NCBI GenBank assembly: GCA_013239625.1 | Contig: MU053504.1 | Coordinates: 1,242,001 to 1,306,000 of the forward strand | Length of the DNA stretch: 64,000 nt | Source of the DNA: Lama guanicoe | Lineage: Eukaryota | Direction: 5' to 3' | Shown here: piece by piece, positions 40,985 to 53,429 of the stretch | Position numbering within the stretch: the stretch's first letter is position 1 | How the letters are laid out: every line of letters starts with the position of its first letter | Translations under genes and position numbers: made by a program | The notes under the pieces: model-generated | Told to the model about the DNA's origin: nothing | Databases searched by the model: none | What the model saw: only the letters and a program-made list of their open reading frames with translations

Positions 40985-41772
40985 CAGAACCACACCATTC
41001 AAGGTGGTAGCCACCAGCTGCTAGTTTCCCGAGCACTTGAAATGTGGCTGGTCTGAATGAAAATATGCTCCAAAGTATAAAATGACAACCAGATTTTGAA
41101 CACTTAGTACCCCAAAAAAGTAAAATATCTAATTAATTTTTATATTGATTACATGTTGAAATGATAATATTTAGATATACTGGGTTAAATAAGATATATT
41201 AAAATTAATTTCACCCATTTATTTCTCCTTTTTTAAATGTGGTGACTAGGAAATTTAAAATTACTCACATGGCTCACATTATATTTCTGTGGACAGCACT
41301 GGTCTAGAACAAAGGGTGGGAAAACTGTAGCCCACAAGCTAAATCTGACCCTCTATTTTTATATAGACTATAACCCAAGAATGACTTTTACACGAGGTCC
41401 TGGGTTCAATCCCCCGTTCCTCCACTAGAAAACAAATAAATAAATAAGCTTGACTACCTCCCACCACCAAAAAAAAATATGTAATTAGAATGACTTTTAA
41501 GTTTTAAATAGTTGGGATTTTTCCCAACTATTTGACTTTTGTCAAAAGAACAATATTTCATGATACATAAAAATTACATGAATTCCAAATTTTGTGTCCA
41601 CAAATAAATTCTTACTGGAACATAGCCACGCTCATTCATTTACCTATTGTCTATGGCTCCTTTAGCCCCACAAGGGCAGGGTTGAGAGTGGTTACAGAGA
41701 CCGCATCACCCACAAAACCGAAAATAGTTACTATCTGGCCCTTTACAGAAAAAGCTGGCCAACCCCTGATCC
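40985..41772. mobile_element. Adjacent hAT-Charlie MITEs (MER3-like about 40985-41305, MER58B-like about 41310-41772) with a 5'-truncated SINE at about 41391-41480
   Basis: GAGCACTTGAAATGTGGC and GGACAGCACTG (MER3); TATCTGGCCCTTTACAGAAAAAG...ACCCCTG (MER58); SINE B box GGGTTCAATCCC with TSD AGAATGACTTTTA at 41378 and 41487. Confidence 0.75.
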
Positions 41773-42554
41773 AGAGTCATGTCGCAATCAAAAGTATTTA
41801 TCAACCTAAATTTAAAGAATCAGTGTGCATGTTTAAATAAATGAAAAAAAGATGGCTTATGAAACCCAAAAGCCAGACAAACTTGGACGTTTAATTTTAA
41901 CTTCTGTCACAGAAAGCATTTCTCACTACCCTCCCCTTGCAAACTGTGCCTCGGCTGCAGTTCCTTCTACCTGACAGGCACGCCCCTTCCTAAGGCCTCA
42001 GCACCAATGAGTCTCTCACCTGAAATGCTCTTACCCCAGACACCTAGAGTTCAAACTCCCTCACCACACAACATCTTTGGTCAAATGTTACCTCCTTGAT
42101 GATTTCAAATACCTAGTTTCAAAATTCAGCCAGCCACCCCTTCACACTCAATACTCCTCTATCTTGTTCTACTTTATTATTATTTTTTGCTATGTAGTGC
42201 TTACCACCTTCTTACATACCATATTACAATATCCTAGTATATGTAATAACTATAAGTGGAGTATAAAACGGTTAGTAATTGTGAATCACTATGTTGTACA
42301 CCTGAAACATATAATATTGTAAATCAGCTACACCTCAATAAAAAAGGAAAAAACTAAAAATAAATATTTGCAAAATTTTAAAAATAATAATATCCCTGTA
42401 TACAAAGCTTTTGTCTGTTATCTGTCTTACACTAGGAAGTAAGTCCCCATGGGCAGAGATGACCGTTACATTTAGTAACATGTTCTAAGTGTCTAGAACA
42501 TTTTCTGCCACATAGTAGGTGGTCAATAAATCTCTACTGAATTAACGAAGGCTA

Positions 42555-42695
<141 letters not shown>

Positions 42696-43237
42696 CTATA
42701 AACAAACAATAAATTAGGGAACAGCAAGTCACCATCCATCTTCCCAGTGTGAGGAGCACATCTGGTGGCCCTGGAGAATCTGGATATGCAAGAGGTTGGT
42801 CTAATTCTTCTTGGAGTACATGATTCTCCACACCAAGTTCTTCTGGGCATTACTACGGCTTTGTGTTAAAATCTGAGGAAAGCATCACTGATGGCCCTCG
42901 GACACTTCTGATTTCATTGGAGAAATGATTTGTTAATCAATTTGAAAACCTCAAGTAGTGTTCAGGGACCTGGTGGATTCACTGTGGAGGAATCCTAAGA
43001 TGAAGAGTAGAAGATGGGCTGGAGAAGGGAAAAAGCATCACGTACCCGGGGCTTGCGCTAGGCACTGGGGAATGGTGAAGATTTAGAGGAGAAAACGGAA
43101 GAAAACTTCAACTGAGGAAAAAGCAGGAGTGAACAGATGAGATCCGGAATAAACATTCTTGAAGAGTTCAGGTTCCTAAATGGGAGCTACAAAATCACTG
43201 TCTTTGCCTGGTATTTTGACAACCTTTTAAAAATAAA

Positions 43238-43302
43238 GCCTCTAATGCCTGACTCGTAAGCTACAGCAGGGCCTCTAATGCCTGACTCGTAAGCTACAGC
43301 AG
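43238..43302. repeat. Perfect 32-bp tandem duplication (period 33)
   Basis: GCCTCTAATGCCTGACTCGTAAGCTACAGCAG at 43238-43269 and again at 43271-43302. Confidence 0.95.
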
Positions 43303-43304
43303 CG

Positions 43305-43895
43305 AGGGCAAACCTCATTTTACTGTGCTTCACTTACTGCCCTTCACAGTTAGCGAGTTTTTTACAAATGGAAGGTTCGTGGCATCTCTGCATTGAGCAA
43401 GTGTATTGGCGCCATTTTTCTAACAGTATCTGCTCACTTTGTGCCTCTGTGTCATACTTTGGTAATTCTTGAAATATTTCAAATGTTTCATTATTATGTT
43501 TGTTACAGTGATCTTTGATGTTACTACTACAACTTGCTGAAGGCTCAGAGGGTGGCTACTAGCATTTTTTAACAATAAAGTATTTAAAAAATTTTTCTGT
43601 CCAACTATTTTAATTTTGGGGGGTGTTGGTAATTAGGTTTATGTATTTACTTATTTACTTAATGGAAGTACTGAGGATTGAAACCAGGACCTTGTGCATG
43701 CTAGGCATGCGCTCTACCACTGAGCTATGCCCTCCTCCTACAATAAAGTATTTTTTAATTAAGGTGTGTAGGTTGTTTTTTCAGACATAATGTTATTGCA
43801 CACATAATGGACTGTAGTATAGTATAAACACAACTTTCATATACACTGGGAAACCAAAAATTTCATGTGACTTGCTTTACTATGATATTCACTTA
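43305..43895. mobile_element. Tigger1-like DNA transposon remnant with a nested Vic-1-like SINE (about 43590-43738, - strand)
   Basis: ACCTCATTTTACTGTGCTTCAC start and GGGAAACCAAAAATTTCATGTGACTTGCTTTA end are Tigger1-like; the SINE is flanked by TSD ACAATAAAGTATTT (43572 and 43740). Confidence 0.8.
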
Positions 43896-44536
43896 ACGCT
43901 TACAGGTTACTGAGTCAGAGAAAACTGAATTGAAATTCTGGCTCTACCATGGACCAGATGAGTGTGGCCATGCACAAATCACACAGCCTCTGAGCAAGGC
44001 TTTCCCTCTCTGAAGCAAAGTGTGTTACCACCACCACTACCATCTCACGGCTATTGTTAGAATTAGGGAGAAAACGTTACGATGTCTGAGATTTATCTAA
44101 TAATCCAGTAAGAGGTGTGACAGGGGTAGAAATGAAATAAGACTGGCCGTTACAGGTGACTGTTAAGCTGGACAATGGTATCTGGGGGCCTGTTTCTACC
44201 ATGCTCTCTACATGCATATATGTTTGAAAATTTCAATAATAAAAAAGGAAGAAGGTAGTATCATTAGTGTGGATGTGGAGTGAAATTTTATAGTACATTT
44301 GAGATTTTTAATAATTTCAGTTTTTCAAAAACATTCCTCATTTTTTAAAGTTTCCTGGACTCAATATCAATCTTGGGTGTATTTTTCGATGTGGAAAATA
44401 AAACACGAATGCAGGAAACATTATAAAGTGACGAACACAGTGCTTGACACAGGCACGAACTGCCTGCACGTTGATGCCTTTTCCCTTTCCCAGAAAAATA
44501 TATACCTTTCTCTGGAAAACAAGCCAGCATTCCAGA

Positions 44537-44539
44537 AAA

Positions 44540-44586
<47 letters not shown>
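44537..44586. repeat. (AAAT)n microsatellite, about 12 units
   Basis: Perfect AAAT run about 13 nt inside the intron from the ZNF343 donor at 44599. Confidence 0.95.
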
Positions 44587-44599
44587 AACCACAACTCAC

Positions 44600-44658
44600 C
44601 AGTATTTGGGGCTTTCCCTCCTTTTCTTGAAACCGGTCAGTATCATTAGAAGGCAAAC
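44600..44658 (-). CDS. ZNF343: ZNF343 second coding exon (59 bp)
   Basis: CTCTAG acceptor, GTGAGT donor; (G)LPSNDTDRFQEKEGKPQIL; phases 1 and 0 fit both neighbours. Confidence 0.88.
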
Positions 44659-44806
44659 CTAGAGAAAGAAAAAGAAGCTGTGAGAAACCAGGGCTCCCAC
44701 GATGCTCCCAGAGTAGCTCCCCCATGCCCTGTGTGATAGAGGAAGCTGTCCCTTACCTTGGAGCCCTCTTCCCCCTTCCCCTCTCCTGACCCTCAGCAGC
44801 TCTCAC

Positions 44807-44924
44807 CTTCTGCCTTATGACTTGGAGTCAGTGTCTTCATGGTCTCGACATCCTCCCTGTTCTCCAAAGGCAAAATCTCCTCCCAGTCCTGCTCTCCCCT
44901 GACAGAAGGATCAGGCAACGTCAT
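44807..44924 (-). CDS. ZNF343: ZNF343 first coding exon (118 coding bp)
   Basis: GGGGCC-ATG; MTLPDPSVRGEQDWEEILPLENREDVETMKTLTPSHKAE, GTGAGA donor; resembles my recollection of the human N-terminus MMLPYPSALGDQYWEEIL. Confidence 0.85.
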
Positions 44925-45734
44925 GGCCCCAGAAGCAGCCCAGTGTTCGCCTTGAAATTCTGCCAGAGGGCCCAGTCGAAGTTATCTCAAGATCAATTTC
45001 TGCTGCCTGCAGCAACTTCTCCAAAACTTACTTGTCAAAGCCCATCTTGCTTCCCTGAAGCCAGGACCTGTGGGGCAGAGAAGCGATTTGACGTTGCCGG
45101 GACCCTTCTGGGGGGAACTAAGCCTGTGCCTCCTCAGCAGGGCTCCTGTCCTCTCACACCCTCCTCATTCAACACACAGGGAATGTCTCAGTCTACGGGG
45201 TTCCTGGATTTTTTTACCTCATTCCTTTCCGGCCTATAGGCCCTCAAGTCTGCAGGCCTTTGTGGTAGATTTTATGTCATCATTCCCAATTATTTGTTTC
45301 TCTATATAATTCTCTGCTCCTGACATTGGGTTTGGACTCATGATTGCCTTGGACAATAAAACATGACTGAAAGTGACAGTACCACCTGTAAGCACTGCAT
45401 TATTCCGCCATCTCTCATGTTCCGAGAGCACATCTTGAGGAAAGGGAGACCTATTTAAAAAGAAAAAAAAATAAAATCCAGAAGCCAGTAAGGAAGAGGT
45501 AGATAAATTTTATTACACATCAATCAGAAAGTTCTGTTTAACAAGGACAGCTTTAGGAAAGTTGGGAAATGGGGATATGTATGTGTGTTTAACCTCTGAT
45601 CATCTTTTATAAAAAGTACTGGAGGTGTACATAGAAAATTAATAAAACTGATTATCTATGAGAAATAAGCCCATCTTTGTTTATACTGTCATGATTGTAT
45701 CCTAGAATTCAAAAGTCCAAATAAAAACTAGAAG

Positions 45735-46160
45735 TAGTAGCAGCTCATACAACTCAGTATCAAAAACACAAACAACCCAGTTAAAAAACGGGCAGAAGAC
45801 CCGAATAGACATTTTTCCGAAGAAGACGTGCAAATGGTCAACAGGCACAAGAAAATATGCTCAACGTCACTAATTAACAGAGAAATGTGAATCAAAACCA
45901 CCAAGAGATATCGCCTCACACGTGTCAGAATGGCCATTATCAAAAAGACCACAAGTAACAAATGTTGCCGAGGATGTGTTGAAAAGGGAACCTTTCTCCA
46001 CGCTTGGTGGGAATGTAAATTGGTGCAGCCACTGGAAAACAGTATGGAGGTTCCTCAAAAAACTAAAAATAGAAGTACTATATAATTCAGCAATTCCACT
46101 TCTGGGCATATACCTGAAGAAAAGGAAAATACTAATTTGAAGAGACATGCACCTCACGCC
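45735..46160 (+). mobile_element. LINE-1 ORF2 C-terminal fragment
   Basis: ORF 45922-46140 reads [36 protein letters not shown]. Confidence 0.88.
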
Positions 46161-47957
46161 AGCAAACGCTGAACATCTGCTTTGAGTAGGTGCTGGCCTG
46201 ACCTTCGCAGATGGTGACGACGAACGTGACAGGGTCCCACACACGGGAGCCCAGCCAGAGCAGCAGACCCCACAAGCTTCACATGAGGGCCACAGTGTTA
46301 GGGCAGCAGTAAATGACAAGTCTCCTCTCCCCCTTCCTGACCTGCTCTGTCTCTCCTCAGCCTACTCACTGACAGAACCAACCACACCACTGCCCACACT
46401 TGACCTTGGAGTCCTCACTGACTCCATCCCTCCCTCCACACCATCCCAGTTACAAAGGCCTACAGATTCTGTCTACCTCAGTGCACTCTCCCAATCTCTC
46501 ACTACCCTCTACCAGCTGGGAAGCTAAGACAAGCTAAGACAGCAATGGCCTTCTGACTAGGGTCACCAGATGTTGAGCCCACGCCCTGCCTCCTTAATCC
46601 ACGCCTGCCACAGTCAGCTCTACGTGCTGTTGGCTGAGCTAGTCCAATACTTGGAACACTGCAGCGAATTCAACAGAAAATACCTGTCCTCATGTAACTG
46701 GCATTTTAGTGGGCAAGAGATGAACAAAAATAAAATAGACCCCGAAAAAGACACAGTACGTCAGATGGTGGTAAGTACTAAGGGGACTAGAAGGAGCCTG
46801 GAAGGGGTGGGAGGAGTTGCGATTTTAATGAGTGTTTAAAGCAAGACTTGCAAAGGTGATTACTGAGTAGGTTTGAAAGATACGAGGGAGCGATTCATGT
46901 GGGTAATCATGTCAACAGGACTCTGAGGGAAAAACAGCCCGCTGAGAAGCCCTAACGCAGGAGGGAGGCCTGCTGTTCTAGGAATAACAAGCTCGCCAGG
47001 GCAGGAAGGACGTGACTGAGACAAAGCGGTGACACACAAGAGCAGAGGTAATGGGGCGCAGGTGATGCCCAGCCTGGCAGCGTGCTGGGTTTGATTTCAT
47101 TTGAAGTGAAATGAGAAGTCACTGGAGGACTCTGAGCAGAGGAATAACATGCTTTGATTTACATCTTAAAAGAACTCTCTGGCTGGTAGACTAGGAATAG
47201 ACCTTCTGGGGACAGGATAGAGCAAAGAAAATCACTAACAGACTATTGAAATAACCCTGGGGAGAGACAATGGACCAAAGCGGAAACAGTGGGGGTGGTG
47301 AGTGGCAGTCACATCCTGAATTTCCTTATCGTGTGTGAGTTTGAGACCAAGAGAAAAGTCAAAGAATGATGATTCTATGGTTTTGCCCTAAGTAACTGGA
47401 AGGATAAGACTTCATCCATCAACTGATACGAGGAAAGCTGGGACTGGAGCGCATCTCAGGGAGAAGATCAAGAGTGTGATGTTGGAGAGATCAGGTTTGA
47501 GATGCTTAACAGAGACCCAAGTGGAGATGCTGAATAGGCAAGCCGTCATATGAGTCTGGAACTGAAGGAAGAGGTCCAAGCTAGACCTCATATGGGTGGA
47601 TTTAAAGCCCTCAGATTGGAGATTACCCCAGCAGGGGAGTAGCTGGAGGAAATGTCTGAGCCCTGGGGTACTCCATAGTTAGGAGGTGAGGGAGAAAAGG
47701 AGGAGCCAGCAAAGGAGACAGAGAAGGAGCAGCCTGTGAGGGAGGGGAAACAAGAGGAGCCCGTAGGAGCACGGATCATCCTGGAGCTGAGTGAAAAGGT
47801 GTTTCAAGGAGGAGGGCAAGGCCAACCAGACAACTGCTGTCAAGATGAGTAAGATGAGGATTGAAAATTGACCGCTGGGTTTAGCACGTTTGGTGACCTT
47901 GACAAGAAGCGTTTCTGGAGGGTGGGTTACAAAAGCATTCCAAAGTAAATGGGAGAA

Positions 47958-48100
47958 GAGGGAGAGTATAGCTCAAGTGGTAGAGCAAGTGCTTAGCATG
48001 CACAAGGTCCTGGGTTCAATCCCCAGTGCCTCTACTAAAAACAAACAACTCTAATTACCTCTGCCCTACCAAAAGAAAGTAATTAAATAACACAATAATA
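47958..48100 (+). mobile_element. tRNA-derived SINE (Vic-1-like), inserted in an L2 remnant (about 46650-48220)
   Basis: TATAGCTCAAGTGGTAGAG...GCTTAGCATGCACAAGGTCCTGGGTTCAATCCCCAGT, followed by an A-rich tail. Confidence 0.85.
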
Positions 48101-49413
48101 AATATTTTTAAGTGAATAGGAAATAAAGGCAGCAAGTTTCAACTTGCTATAAAGTCTGTACTTTCTTTTTGAGTTTTGCTATAAAGAAAAGCAAAGAAAT
48201 CATAGCTGAAGGGAGTGATTAGGCTCAAAAGTAGCTCAAAACCACCAGTGGTTCCCTAATGGCCACAGAATGAAGTCCATGCTCACTAACTCAGTATTTA
48301 GGGCCTTTCCTAATAATGCCCCAACCCCACTTCCCCGTCTGAGATCCCCTGACCCTCCATCTGGGTCCTCCAGCCAGACAACAGGTCTGCTAAGGCCCTC
48401 ACAGTCAATCACTTACTCCATGGCACCATGGCAGAGACCCAGGATGGGCAAGAGCTCCCTGCTCCAGTGGGACAGACAGACAGAGGACTCATGGAGAAAG
48501 GGCTTTGATGCTACAGGGCAGAGGGTAACTCTGAGAGGAAATCCAGGCATGCACTGCAACAGGGTGAATGTGTGAGTAAACCAATCAGAGGTCAACTGCC
48601 AAACAGGAGAGCACAGAGGAGTAAGAGAGCACGGGATGGAACATATTCCCACATGGCTGCAAAACAGAGTCCAAGGGGAGTAGGCAGGAGGGCTAAGGCT
48701 GTAAAAGTAGGTTGAAGGATTATTGATACTAATCAGATAACAATATTAATCATCACAGCCAATATTTAGTAAGCACATACTATACGCTAAGCACTAAAAG
48801 TGCCTTACAGGAATTATTACATTTCTTCCCCACAAAAACTCCATGAGATGGGCACTGTTATCTTCCCAATTTTACAGATCAGTGAAGGAAGGCACAGACA
48901 GTGAAATAACATGTCTAAGGCTACAGAGCTAATACATGGTGAAGCCAAACTTCAAAGCCTGGCAGTCTGTATCCAGAGCCCACACTCTTCTTAGTTGGAC
49001 TGAGTCAGAGAGAAGCAGTAAAACATGGCCCTTTTGATCAAATGAGTAGCATATTCATTATTTTTACCTCAGAGGAACAACTGAAAAGGCAGCGTGGAAG
49101 GTGAACCAGAATGGGGAGAAGACATGAACATCAGGTAGCACAGAGTGGGGCTGAAGGGAGGGGAAAGGACAAAGGGTATCCAAGGTGGAAATGAGAGGAC
49201 TCCATAGCTAATCAGATCAATAGGAAACTCAGAAACAACAAGGTGGCCAGAAGGATTCAGAGCTCCAGTTTATGACAAAGGGTGGAAGCTGCGGTCATTA
49301 CAAGAGATCTAAAACAGGTAACGAGAAAAGGAAGGGACAGAGAAGTCACCTCAGTGAATTCCAGGGACTTCTCCCTCTCACGCCTCTTACCTGGACTGTT
49401 AGGAGTGCAGGAA

Positions 49414-49520
49414 TGGGGTGAATATAGCTCAGTGGCAGAGTGGGTGCTTAGCATATGCAAGATCCTGGGTTCAGTCCCCGGTATCTCCATTAACAATAAA
49501 CAATAAAAAAAATTTTTAAA
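49414..49520 (+). mobile_element. tRNA-derived SINE (Vic-1-like)
   Basis: A and B boxes, A tail, TSD GAGTGCAGG at 49402 and 49521. Confidence 0.85.
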
Positions 49521-49610
49521 GAGTGCAGGGTTTGAATTGTGAAATGATTTTCTTAAAGAAAAATGGGAAGTTTTTTAAAAGAACTGAGAATTAAGAACAC
49601 ATTAAGGAAT

Positions 49611-49700
49611 GGGGGTTTATAGCTCAGTGGTAGAGTTCACGCTTAACATGTATGAGGTCCTGGGTTCAATCCTCAGTACCTCCACTTCAAAAAAAAAAAA
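49611..49700 (+). mobile_element. tRNA-derived SINE (Vic-1-like)
   Basis: A and B boxes, pure A tail, 18-bp TSD AAGAACACATTAAGGAAT at 49593 and 49699. Confidence 0.88.
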
Positions 49701-51859
49701 GAACACATTAAGGAATTACTATTAATTTGATTATGATAATAGTATTGTGATTATTTTTTCAAAAATAGTCCTTCCCTGTTGGAGATGCATACTATAGTAT
49801 TTTTGGTGAAATGACAATGTTTGGGACTTGCTTCCAAATACTTTAGTCAGGAAAAAAAAAATCAGAGATGAGAGACTTCGGATGAAATAAGAATTGTAGA
49901 ATGTTGGTAACTGATGAAGTTTCAAATTCTGTTTCTATCTACTCCCAGGCAAGTTACACAGTAAAAGTTCCTTAACCTCTACAAAGTGCCACTTCTTCTG
50001 GCAAATTTGATTCTTAATGTTCAGTGTGGAGGGAATAAAATATTATGGAGATTGTAAAGCCCAGTGCCTAGCACAGAAGAAATGCCTAGCAAATGGTAGT
50101 AGTTATCATCATTTTTTATTTTACAACAGCTGACAGTCCTGGGAATCCAGCAGCCAGGATGAAAAGGTGCTGAGGCAAGAATGGCGGTAACCCAGACCAG
50201 CACTGGTCTGGGGTAATACATCCTGTAAAGGCCCCTGCCCTCAAACCAGCCCTGGCACCCTACAAAAACAAGCAGGTCCTCTGAGCCTCTAATGGGACAC
50301 TGCTGGGCACAAGACATCAGGATGAGCAAAGAAAATTTGTCCAGGGTTTGGTGCACAGAAGACACTGCAGAAACCAGAAGGTAAGTGGAACCCACCTGAA
50401 AGTGGACTGTCAAGAGCCCAGAGTTCCTCTCCTGTTCTACATGGGAAGGCAGGAATATGAGAAAGTGGACCTGAGGATAAAACAGGCGGTAAGAGTTTCA
50501 GGGCTGTCTCTTGGCCCCCAGATACCAGACTAAAAATCCCAAAATTTAAAATGAAGGTACTCCTCTTCTTTAAAAAAAAAAAAAAAAGCCTCAGGTCTGT
50601 CAAAGAAGAATGTAGACAGCTCCCTGGGGACAGAGTCAGGTGTGAGCATCAGAATACAGCCCGCCCTGACATGCTATTAAGTAGGGAAATCATCCTTTAT
50701 TAGCAGTAGTAATAATTAATACTGACTAAACTCTTACTATATAGCAGCACAAGTCCAGGCACTATACAAGTTTTGCCTCCCAGAGGCCCCATGAGTTAAG
50801 TCTTCTGATAAACTTGGGCAGAGTTAATAAATCTTCACAAGTTGACAGAGATAGAAAGTGCCTAGATTTGAACTCCAGCTGTGGAGAGCCATGCCCTGAG
50901 CCAATTGGGTCAGGGGTAATGTTACTGATGGTCAGCCTCTATGGGATGTGACAATTTTCAAAGTGTATCCACACACAAGTTGAGGGGATGTATATAAAAC
51001 AAGATTGGCTGTGAATTAGTAACTGTTGAGTCTGGTAATAGGTCCATGGGAGTTCACTGTAGTATTCTACTGGGTGGATTTAAAACTTATCCTTACCCCA
51101 AAATGAAAAACAAAATTAAAGGCTTGATACCTGGGCCTCACCAGGTACCAGAAGTGATTTGGAGAGTCAGCCAGAAGACCTCAGAGATCTCCACCCCACC
51201 CAACACTGCTAAGTCTCAAACTAGAGGTTTGACCCCCAACACTTGAGGGAAAAGCAGGCAAAGAAAAGCAGCCAAACTAGCCACTTACACTACAACCAAA
51301 TCCGGGGTCTTTGTCATAAAGCAGAGTAGGCCCGGGGACCATAACAAACCCTGGGAGAATGGGCCCCAAGGAAGCAGACCTGCTCCCACTTAAAAAACTG
51401 CCTATGATAAATGAAAATATTACCAAACTTCCAGTCTGGATGAAGGTCATGACAACATTGCTGTGTCAAATAAAGAAAAAAAAAAAAAAACGCCTATGAT
51501 GCAGGCCCCAGCAGTGCAGTCCACCATCACTGGAGGATGTGTGTCTCAGGCCAAAATCTCCCAGCGTCCTAAGAACCCCTGCGACTCCAAAGCCAAGCCA
51601 CTCCTCAACGGCCCCCTAGGGATATTTTGCCCACTTTGGGCTCACCTCCACCCACTCTCAACAAACCAAGACACAGCAAGGCCCGAGATGCTTTCTCCTC
51701 CACCCCACCACTGCCCAATCACCAATGAGCCATATTCAGCCCCATCAAAAACAAAACAAACAAAACTTGACATTCACCGTCAGTCCTAGGTTCCCACAAC
51801 CATTCAGAGAGGCAGGATCCAAGTGCTCCAACGCCAAAAAAGACACCTAGACATTTACT

Positions 51860-52660
51860 GCCCGAGCCGCGCCCCCACCACAGGGGCTGTCTGGCCCTAG
51901 CTGAACTTATCCCTGTGGCCCAAATAAGCACCGGGGACGCGCGCTGGAGCTGCTCCCCCTATTGGGAAGTTGCCCAGAACGCACCTTTTCAAAAAAGAAA
52001 CTAGAAATTCCAAGTCACTCGCCCCAGCCAAGAAAGGAAGGTCCGCGTAGCGCCCCGCAACTCAGGGATTCGCGGCTGTAAGAGTCTCATCCCATTTCCC
52101 CGCCCTAAACGCGCGCCTCGAGCCCCGCCCCCTCCTCCAAGCACGAAACCTCTGGAATCCCGGGCTCCCCTAGAAGCCGCACTCCTCCGCGGGTTCAAAC
52201 CCTACACCGGGCCTTTCCCCACCTTCCTGCCGCTCGGGAAGGACACAGTGGGGCCACACACCGGGCAGGCCTCGCTCACCAATGCTGGTGGGACCGCTCC
52301 ACCAGGCGGTCGGCCGCTCTACTATGGCGGAACTACAGTTCCCAGAATCCCCGCAGACTCCGCCTCCCACTGGCAGCTCGGGAGCCGATTCGGGACCTCG
52401 CGGTTAATTTACCAGGATAGCAACTACTGTAGTGACAGTATGCTCGTCTCTGTTCATAAAATACCTATGTATAAACAGGTAGTGGTTCCTGGGTGAGTCT
52501 CTTCCCTCTGCCTGTTTGCTTGGAAGACTACACTCCCCAGAAGCCTCTGGGGCAGTTCCCGCGATGACTTCCCGTCCTGCCTCACCGCAGGCGGAGTCTG
52601 CGCAAGGAAGGCTTTTTCCGGTAGGCTTGTCTGGCGGGTCTGGCATTCCGGTTGTGTTTC
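51860..52660 (-). promoter_or_regulatory. ZNF343: CpG-island promoter of ZNF343 with two ZNF143/THAP11-type motifs and a candidate exon-1 donor
   Basis: ACTACAGTTCCCAGAATCC (52332-52350) and ACTACACTCCCCAGAAGCC (52527-52545); minus-strand donor G-GTGAGC at about 52280; high CpG density. TSS position is inferred. Confidence 0.75.
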
Positions 52661-52894
52661 TGTTTCAGTTGTTTTCTCTCCCTCTCCCTCTCTCCCTCTC
52701 TCTCCACACCCTTGTGGTCATTCCCGTTTTACTTTTTGGAAAAACGGATTAGGGAGGTAAAGCAGTCTCCCAAAGTTTTTATTGAACTGTTGTCATCAGC
52801 TCTAGCGCTCTCCTTTGGATGCCGCATAGTCACTTTATTCTTGTCAAAGTCCTCAAAGTTAGTGACAAGCTCTCTTCCAGTACCTGGAGGATGG

Positions 52895-53411
52895 TGTTGC
52901 AGAGAAGTGTGCTACAGCTCAGTTGTGACAGCAACCTGGATCTGGGCAAGAGACCAAGCAGCACTCTGAGAGTCGGAGAGCTCAGGTTTATTACGCCAGC
53001 GGGCCCAGAAGAGTTAACAGTCCAAGTTCTGGACCCCGTCTGTAGGTTGCCAGTTTACGCTTTGCAACGTCATATGCAAATAAGGTATAGCAAAAGTTGA
53101 CTGACTAGGAACAAGCTTTGTAGAAATGGGCCAATCAGGAGTCAGGGAAGTGGACCAATCAGGAGTGAGAGAAATAACCTACCAGGAGTGAGCTCCATGC
53201 AAATGAAGCACTACAAATGGACCAATCAGGAATTAGCTCAGAGAGCCAATAGAATTTTAGGAGTAAGTTCCATTTTCCTAGAAGTAAGCCAGTTCAGAGG
53301 CAAAAAGTGAGATAAAGCCACTGGGCCAGGGAACTGGATGGTGCTGTCAGGAGAGTAGTGGCCATGCCTGGGGGGTATTGACTGTCTTTTTTAACGTGGC
53401 TTTCCACCTCA
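52895..53411 (-). mobile_element. Proviral 3' LTR (517 bp)
   Basis: TG...CA ends; preceded on - by PPT AAAGAGGGGAA (53412-53422); AATAAA at 52987-52992; octamers at 53074 and 53197; 4 intact CCAAT; no TATA box. Confidence 0.92.
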
Positions 53412-53429
53412 TTCCCCTCTTTGATGCTC

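Noticed and set aside
49611..49685. tRNA-Ala-like sequences as true tRNA genes (also at 13.5, 43.7, 48.0 and 49.4 kb)
   Set aside because: They have degenerate stems, A tails and target-site duplications, so they are SINE copies.
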